From Snowella sp. (GTDB taxonomy: Bacteria; Cyanobacteriota; Cyanobacteriia; Cyanobacteriales; Microcystaceae), in contig JAYKGY010000106.1 in the NCBI GenBank assembly GCA_035285545.1, forward strand, positions 1 to 11,289: a DNA stretch of 11,289 bases, in the 5' to 3' direction. The translations under genes and the position numbers were made by a program. Below, piece by piece: positions 6,655 to 11,289 of this stretch. Below the pieces are notes generated by a model. That model ran no database searches and was not told the DNA's origin. It worked only from the letters and a program-made list of their open reading frames with translations. The stretch's first letter is position 1. Every line of letters starts with the position of its first letter.

Positions 6655-7347
6655 ATGGGTGATTTAAAACGATTGAGGAAAAGAAGCTCGTTAGTGCTGG
6701 GTTTGGTACTGGCGTTGGGCATGAGTCATTTAAAAGCCGTACAAGCTCAACCGAAGTTCCCATCAGAAGTAACGCCTGTATTCGCCCAAAAAGCATCAAG
6801 TATCAGCGTTCAAGCCTTGAAGAATGCAACTTACCAAATTCCTGAGCAGGGTACGGTGACCCTATCTGATGGCCAATATCAATCGGGAAATCTAACCGTC
6901 AATCTTTTAGAGAAGCCGATCGCGATCGCTGACTTAAATCAGGATGGAACAGAGGATGCAGCCGTTATTCTAGCCGTTCAAACTGGCGGATCGGGAACTT
7001 TTATGTACTTAGCGGCAGTGATTGCTTCACCCCTCGATCAAACCTTCAATAATGTTGATACCTATCTACTCGGCGATCGCGTTCAGATACAAAACTTAAG
7101 CATCAAAAAGGGAGCCGTTCGGGTCAAAATGCTCAAAGCGAAACCCACAGATCCCCTCTGTTGCCCAACGGATGTCGTCGTTGAAGCCTATCAATTGAAC
7201 AACACCCAAGGAACCTTTGCGCCCATCAGCTTAAGTGAACAGGAAAAGCAACAAATCCTAATTGAAGATGTTCCCTCTCCCGTTCTAGGGGATGGCGATA
7301 ATGTTCCGACTGCTCCCCCGATTGATGAAATTCAAATCAAATTTTAG
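6655..7347 (+). CDS. Secreted hypothetical protein (230 aa) with a DLNxDG repeat-like motif and an LppP/LprE-like DPxCCP motif
   Basis: AGGT SD. Basic N-terminus, hydrophobic core and VQA cleavage site. Motifs ADLNQDGTEDAAVIL, GGSGTFMYLAAV, LGDRVQI and DPLCCPT. Confidence 0.85.
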   Translation: MGDLKRLRKRSSLVLGLVLALGMSHLKAVQAQPKFPSEVTPVFAQKASSISVQALKNATYQIPEQGTVTLSDGQYQSGNLTVNLLEKPIAIADLNQDGTEDAAVILAVQTGGSGTFMYLAAVIASPLDQTFNNVDTYLLGDRVQIQNLSIKKGAVRVKMLKAKPTDPLCCPTDVVVEAYQLNNTQGTFAPISLSEQEKQQILIEDVPSPVLGDGDNVPTAPPIDEIQIKF

Positions 7348-7667
7348 AAATTCGTGGCAGCCGTTAAAAATTTGCGAATGTGATGTTCTTGGGCTTCTAA
7401 CATTTCGTAAGTATCATTGCCCATTACCTGATGAAATTTCCGTTCGGTTTCTGCCAATAATTCCGGCGCGATCGCTTTCCATTGCTCACGAGTTTGCCAA
7501 CGAATTACTAATACAATTTCATTGGGAAGAGTGGGATTAATCCAGATTTCTTTTCCTAAAAAACCAGGTTGTTGGGATAGGGTTTTCGTCCAAATTGCTT
7601 GATCCTGCTCTACAAATCGTTCTCGAACTTCGGGATCAACCTTAAATTTAAGCCATTCAATAACCAT
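7344..7667 (-). CDS. TIGR03792 family protein (antibiotic biosynthesis monooxygenase-like dimeric alpha/beta barrel)
   Basis: MVIEWLKFKV...D..IWT..L...PGFLGKEIW...W.TREQWK is the cyanobacterial TIGR03792 pattern. Its stop codon overlaps that of the convergent gene (TTAG, 7344-7347). Confidence 0.88.
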   Translation of the reverse strand: MVIEWLKFKVDPEVRERFVEQDQAIWTKTLSQQPGFLGKEIWINPTLPNEIVLVIRWQTREQWKAIAPELLAETERKFHQVMGNDTYEMLEAQEHHIRKFLTAATNF

Positions 7668-7778
7668 AAAACCATCTATTTTTATTATTTTAAAACTATG
7701 ACTTTATTATAAGTCGATTTTACTGAAACTTCCCCCAAACGCTGTTACGATAACTTAAATTCTCAAGCTTGGATTAAA

Positions 7779-8138
7779 TTAAGCTTCCTTTAAGCAAAAT
7801 GAACAAATGCCCCTTATTTGATCAAGATTTTGCTGCATTCGTTTGTATTTTGGTAGTTTACCTGCTTTTATAGCCGCTTCAAAAAAAGCTAAATCGGTTT
7901 TGACTAATCGGAGACTACGATTCATCTCCGTCAGCAGTCCTTGCCAAATACTGAGCAATTTAGGATTTACCTCTTCATCAGAAACCGATAAAATATCATT
8001 TGTAAAGCGATTTTCTATAACTTGAAATTTTTGTTTAACCGTTTCTGCATTAGGTTGAGGCTGAATAATACTCTCCCTAAAGTCGTCTAGTAATGTCAAG
8101 AAGTCATGAAGAATTTGTAAATGTGTTTTTGATGACAT
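7779..8138 (-). CDS. patD: Heterocyst frequency control protein PatD homolog
   Basis: 119-aa helical protein with the motif TEMNRSLRLVKTDLAFFEAA (PatD-like E..R.LRL...D..F..AA). It sits divergent from relA/spoT, the usual cyanobacterial context. Confidence 0.8.
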   Translation of the reverse strand: MSSKTHLQILHDFLTLLDDFRESIIQPQPNAETVKQKFQVIENRFTNDILSVSDEEVNPKLLSIWQGLLTEMNRSLRLVKTDLAFFEAAIKAGKLPKYKRMQQNLDQIRGICSFCLKEA

Positions 8139-8145
8139 TTATTCC

Positions 8146-8159
8146 GTTACCTGTGCTAC
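8146..8159 (-). promoter_or_regulatory. Putative NtcA-binding site (GTA-N8-AAC, one mismatch to GTA-N8-TAC)
   Basis: Minus strand (T)GTA GCACAGGT AAC, ending 7 nt upstream of the patD ATG. Confidence 0.4.
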
Positions 8160-8415
8160 AGTATGATACATAATAACGTTTTTTAAATTTTGTTAATCGG
8201 AACCCCTTTCGTTCCTAAACCCTTAAGACAAAGTATTGTTTTTAGACGAGTTTTCTTAAGTGGTGTTAAAGATTAGATTAATCGCATTTTCAAGCATGGA
8301 GTTTCCTGTATTGTAGGGCCGGGATGTAATATTGACTTTATGCTTCGGTTCTGCCTAATTTTTTTCACTAGAGATCGCGCCTTTCTCGCTAATCTTTTCT
8401 TTGTTCATTTGTTTT

Positions 8416-10671
8416 ATGAATGCCATCGCAACCCTGCCAGAAACTGTAAAAGCCGTCTCTACTTTTCAACCAACCGATATAGAATTACCCAGTTGGTTAC
8501 AGGATTGTTTAGACCGCTACAATGCGAATGCAAAAGAAGATGAAGTTTGTCTAATTTGCCGAGCCTTTAAATTTGCCTATGAATTGCATCAAGGCCAGTT
8601 TCGCAAGTCGGGAGAGCCTTACATTATCCATCCCATTGCCGTTTCAGGATTACTGCGGGATTTAGGCGGTGACAATGCCATGATTGCAGCGGGTTTTCTC
8701 CATGATGTCGTAGAAGATACAACGGTAACGGTGGCAGAAATTGATGAACGGTTTGGCCCAGCAGTCGCAACTTTAGTAGAAGGAGTGACGAAACTTTCTA
8801 AGCTAAACTTTTCCAGTAAAACGGAGCATCAGGCCGAAAATTTTCGACGCATGTTCATGGCCATGGCCAAGGATATTCGGGTGATTGTGGTTAAGTTGGC
8901 AGATCGTCTCCACAATATGCGAACCCTAGAATGTCTAGATGCGGAAAAGCAAAAACGGATAGCTAGAGAAACCAAAGATATTTTTGCACCCTTGGCGAAT
9001 CGGTTGGGGATTTGGCGATTTAAGTGGGAGTTAGAAGATTTATCGTTTAAATACCTAGAACCTGATGCCTATCGTAATATCCAGTCCTTAGTCGCAGAAA
9101 AACGTGGCGATCGCGAAGATCGATTGGAAAAAGTTAAAGCAATTTTACGAAAACGTTTAGAAGATATTGGTGTTAATCTCTTAGAACTTCAAGCACGTCC
9201 GAAGCATCTCTACGGCATCTATCACAAAATGGAATTGCAACACAAGGAATTCCAAGAAATTTACGATATTGCGGCTCTCCGTATTATTGTCGAAACCAAA
9301 GAAGATTGCTACCGTGCCCTCGCGATCGTCCACGATGCCTTTAAACCCATTCCTGGCCGTTTTAAAGACTATATCGGTTTACCCAAACCCAATCGCTACC
9401 AATCTCTACACACCACGGTCGTAGGTTTTAACGGTCGTCCCCTAGAAGTGCAGATTCGGACGCTAGAAATGCATCATATTGCAGAGTATGGAATTGCAGC
9501 CCATTGGAAATACAAGGAATCAGGGCATTCTAACCAGACCCAAATGACTTCGGCGGAAGAAAAGTTTACCTGGTTGCGTCAACTGTTGGATTGGCCCAAT
9601 GAAATTAATGATCCCCAGGAATACGTTGAACACCTCAAGAATAATTTATTCGATGATGATGTCTATGTTTTTACGCCCCAAGGGGATGTGATCGCCCTAG
9701 CGAGAGGGGCAACTCCCGTTGATTTTGCCTATCGTATCCATACCGAAGTCGGAAATCACATGAAGGGAGCGCGAATTAATGGCCAATGGTTAGGGGTCGA
9801 TACGGCCTTAAAAAATGGGGATATTGTCGAAATTATTACTCAAAAAAATGCTCACCCCAGTTTAGACTGGTTAAATTTTGTTGTGACCACTGGGGCCCGT
9901 CATCGTATTCGGCAGTGGTTTAAGCGATCGCGGCGGGATGAAAATGTTTTGCGGGGTCGGGAACTCCTGGAAAAAGAATTAGGAAAAAGTGGCCTAGAAG
10001 CACTCCTCAAATCCGCACCGATGCAAACCGTCGCTGAACGCTGTAACTATCAATCTACCGAAGATTTACTCGCCGGCTTAGGTTACGGAGAGGTCACTCT
10101 CAATCAGGTTGTAAACCGTTTACGAGAAATTACCGTTAAGGCCCAGCAGCCCGAATCTCATGTTATTCCTGCGCTAAATCCCTTACCGACTTCAACGACT
10201 TCTAGCAAAAATAGCAAATCCCCCATTGCCGGAGTTGAAGGGTTACTGTATCACATTGCAGGTTGTTGCCATCCCTTACCAGGGGAACCGATTCTCGGCG
10301 TTATTACTCGTGGTGCTAAAGGAATTTCTATCCATCGTCAAGGGTGCCCGAATGCCGAAAATATTGAAGGAGAGCGTCTTATTCCGGTGCGTTGGAACCC
10401 CATTAACGGCAACGGCCAAACCTATCCAGTGGATATTGTCATCGAAGCCCTAGACCGAGTAGGTGTTTTTAAAGATATCTTGTCTCGTTTAAGCGATCAC
10501 AATATTAATGTCCGTAAAGCCGGAGTTAAAACGGTTACAGGGAAACTTGCTGTGATCAATTTACAGATTGATATCCGTGATCATCAGCAATTGGAAAATA
10601 TTATTGCTAAAATCAAGAATTTGAGTGACATTGTGCATTTACGGCGCGTTAATACCGTTGATCCCCACTAA
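8416..10671 (+). CDS. spoT: Bifunctional (p)ppGpp synthetase/hydrolase (RelA/SpoT homolog, Rel)
   Basis: HD hydrolase (RKSGEPYIIHP, FLHDVVED, KLADRLHNMRTL), synthetase (RFKDYIGLPKPNRYQSLHT, EVQIRT, AAHWKYK), TGS (VFTPQG..DFAYRIHTEVG), ZFD (CCHPLPGE..HRQGC) and ACT (DRVGVFKDI) domains. ATG at 8416 is preferred over TTG at 8401. Confidence 0.97.
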   Translation: MNAIATLPETVKAVSTFQPTDIELPSWLQDCLDRYNANAKEDEVCLICRAFKFAYELHQGQFRKSGEPYIIHPIAVSGLLRDLGGDNAMIAAGFLHDVVEDTTVTVAEIDERFGPAVATLVEGVTKLSKLNFSSKTEHQAENFRRMFMAMAKDIRVIVVKLADRLHNMRTLECLDAEKQKRIARETKDIFAPLANRLGIWRFKWELEDLSFKYLEPDAYRNIQSLVAEKRGDREDRLEKVKAILRKRLEDIGVNLLELQARPKHLYGIYHKMELQHKEFQEIYDIAALRIIVETKEDCYRALAIVHDAFKPIPGRFKDYIGLPKPNRYQSLHTTVVGFNGRPLEVQIRTLEMHHIAEYGIAAHWKYKESGHSNQTQMTSAEEKFTWLRQLLDWPNEINDPQEYVEHLKNNLFDDDVYVFTPQGDVIALARGATPVDFAYRIHTEVGNHMKGARINGQWLGVDTALKNGDIVEIITQKNAHPSLDWLNFVVTTGARHRIRQWFKRSRRDENVLRGRELLEKELGKSGLEALLKSAPMQTVAERCNYQSTEDLLAGLGYGEVTLNQVVNRLREITVKAQQPESHVIPALNPLPTSTTSSKNSKSPIAGVEGLLYHIAGCCHPLPGEPILGVITRGAKGISIHRQGCPNAENIEGERLIPVRWNPINGNGQTYPVDIVIEALDRVGVFKDILSRLSDHNINVRKAGVKTVTGKLAVINLQIDIRDHQQLENIIAKIKNLSDIVHLRRVNTVDPH

Positions 10672-10703
10672 TTCACATCCTATTACTTCTTTAATTCATT
10701 GGG

Positions 10704-10732
10704 AATAGACTCACCGCGATCGTCTATTTTTT
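10704..10732 (+). terminator. Intrinsic terminator of relA/spoT
   Basis: AATAGAC-11 nt-GTCTATT followed by TTTT, about 30 nt after the stop codon. Confidence 0.6.
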
Positions 10733-10794
10733 CCGGGGGGGCAAATGAACTCTGGATTTGCTTGAACTTTCTAACTTTCAAATTTTGACGATTG

Positions 10795-10840
10795 AAAAAA
10801 CTTCCTTCCTATGCTAACTTTAGATTGCACTAGAAGGAAG
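10795..10840 (-). terminator. Putative minus-strand intrinsic terminator
   Basis: Minus strand CTTCCTTC(TA)...(TAG)GAAGGAAG followed directly by TTTTTT. The loop is long (about 20 nt). Confidence 0.45.
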
Positions 10841-10936
10841 AGAAGAAAGAGAAGTAGACGGAAGCAACCGTAATAGATTCTCAATCGCCAAAAAGTTATG
10901 GTTATATTAAACTCAAATTTCCTTAAACCTACAATG

Positions 10937-10992
10937 GGAAAAAGTCGGATCTTTCCCTCCCCAATTCATGGATCAAAATCGGAAAAAGTCGG
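10937..10992. repeat. Perfect 12-bp direct repeat GGAAAAAGTCGG x2
   Basis: Copies at 10937-10948 and 10981-10992, a period of 44 bp. Confidence 0.8.
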
Positions 10993-11175
10993 TTTTTGTC
11001 AGGTCGCGATGCCCAAATAAATTCTGACTGACCTAGCAAAGCTAGAAACCTTTGGAAATCTATAAGAAAAGACCTGGAACAGTTTTCATTCACAACTTGA
11101 AAAGGAAAGCCAATATTGTTCCCAAAAATTACCTCTCAAGAAAATTAGGATATCAGCTAAAGAGAGAGTATCTAG

Positions 11176-11222
11176 AAAAATCACAAAACCCCTCTCATTG
11201 AGCATTCAGAAGAGAAGGGTTT
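11176..11222 (-). terminator. rRNA operon terminator
   Basis: Minus strand AAACCCTTCTC...GAGAGGGGTTT forms an 11-bp stem with one G-U pair, followed by TGTGATTTTT, about 22 nt after the 5S 3' end. Confidence 0.7.
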
Positions 11223-11244
11223 GGGCGTTATCAATCAAAAAAGA

Positions 11245-11289
11245 ACCTGGCATGGAGATATTGTCCCGTGGGGCAACCCCCAAAGTATC
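11245..11289 (-). rRNA. rrf: 5S ribosomal RNA, 3' portion (truncated by the window edge)
   Basis: The reverse complement GATACTTTGGGGGTTGCCCCACGGGACAATATCTCCATGCCAGGT fits the cyanobacterial 5S 3' half: GATA, the TGGGG/CCCCA helix, AATA.CTC and the terminal ATGCCAGG. A terminator follows. Confidence 0.88.

Larger units (their letters stand above)
218..9931. repeat. Dispersed HIP1 octamers (GCGATCGC), 11 perfect copies
   Basis: Copies start at 218, 827, 1296, 2386, 2504, 4958, 6922, 7073, 7468, 9107 and 9924 (manual count). Several one-mismatch copies also occur. Confidence 0.9.

Noticed and set aside
6059..10453. ORFs 6059-6283, 7292-7540, 7843-8025, 8340-8543 and 10226-10453
   Set aside because: They overlap real genes in other frames or on the other strand, with no independent support.
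10937..10992. Direct repeat read as a degenerate CRISPR array
   Set aside because: There are only two 12-bp copies, too short for CRISPR repeats, and no cas genes.
10898..11020. 40-aa plus-strand ORF (MVILNSNFLKPTMGKSRIF...AMPK)
   Set aside because: There is no SD or recognisable motif, the direct repeat falls in different frames, and the length is within chance expectation.

Overview
Cyanobacterial chromosomal window (11 perfect HIP1 octamers GCGATCGC counted, plus patD-relA/spoT and a TIGR03792-type gene). From left to right it holds: the 3' end and right terminus of an IS630-family element; a coupled pair made of a secreted protein with a degenerate lysozyme-like signature and a glucose/sorbosone dehydrogenase lipoprotein; a membrane-anchored zinc-ribbon protein; a minus-strand cassette of two tandem-duplicated, signal-less subtilisin (S8) proteases followed by a 76-aa protein; two secreted hypothetical proteins separated by a heptamer tandem repeat; a TIGR03792/ABM-like gene; patD divergent from relA/spoT; a ~570-bp intergenic region with several hairpins; and the 3' end of a 5S rRNA gene on the minus strand with its terminator. 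The best candidate for an undescribed system is the protease cassette. The small downstream protein looks like a free-standing I9 propeptide, and its C-terminus (VASLEDEGQVWAI) mirrors the end of both proteases' own prodomains (ILAIEPERI[Y/H]YAI). This suggests an intracellular protease pair with a dedicated trans-acting inhibitor or chaperone. All family calls come from motif recognition, not from database searches.
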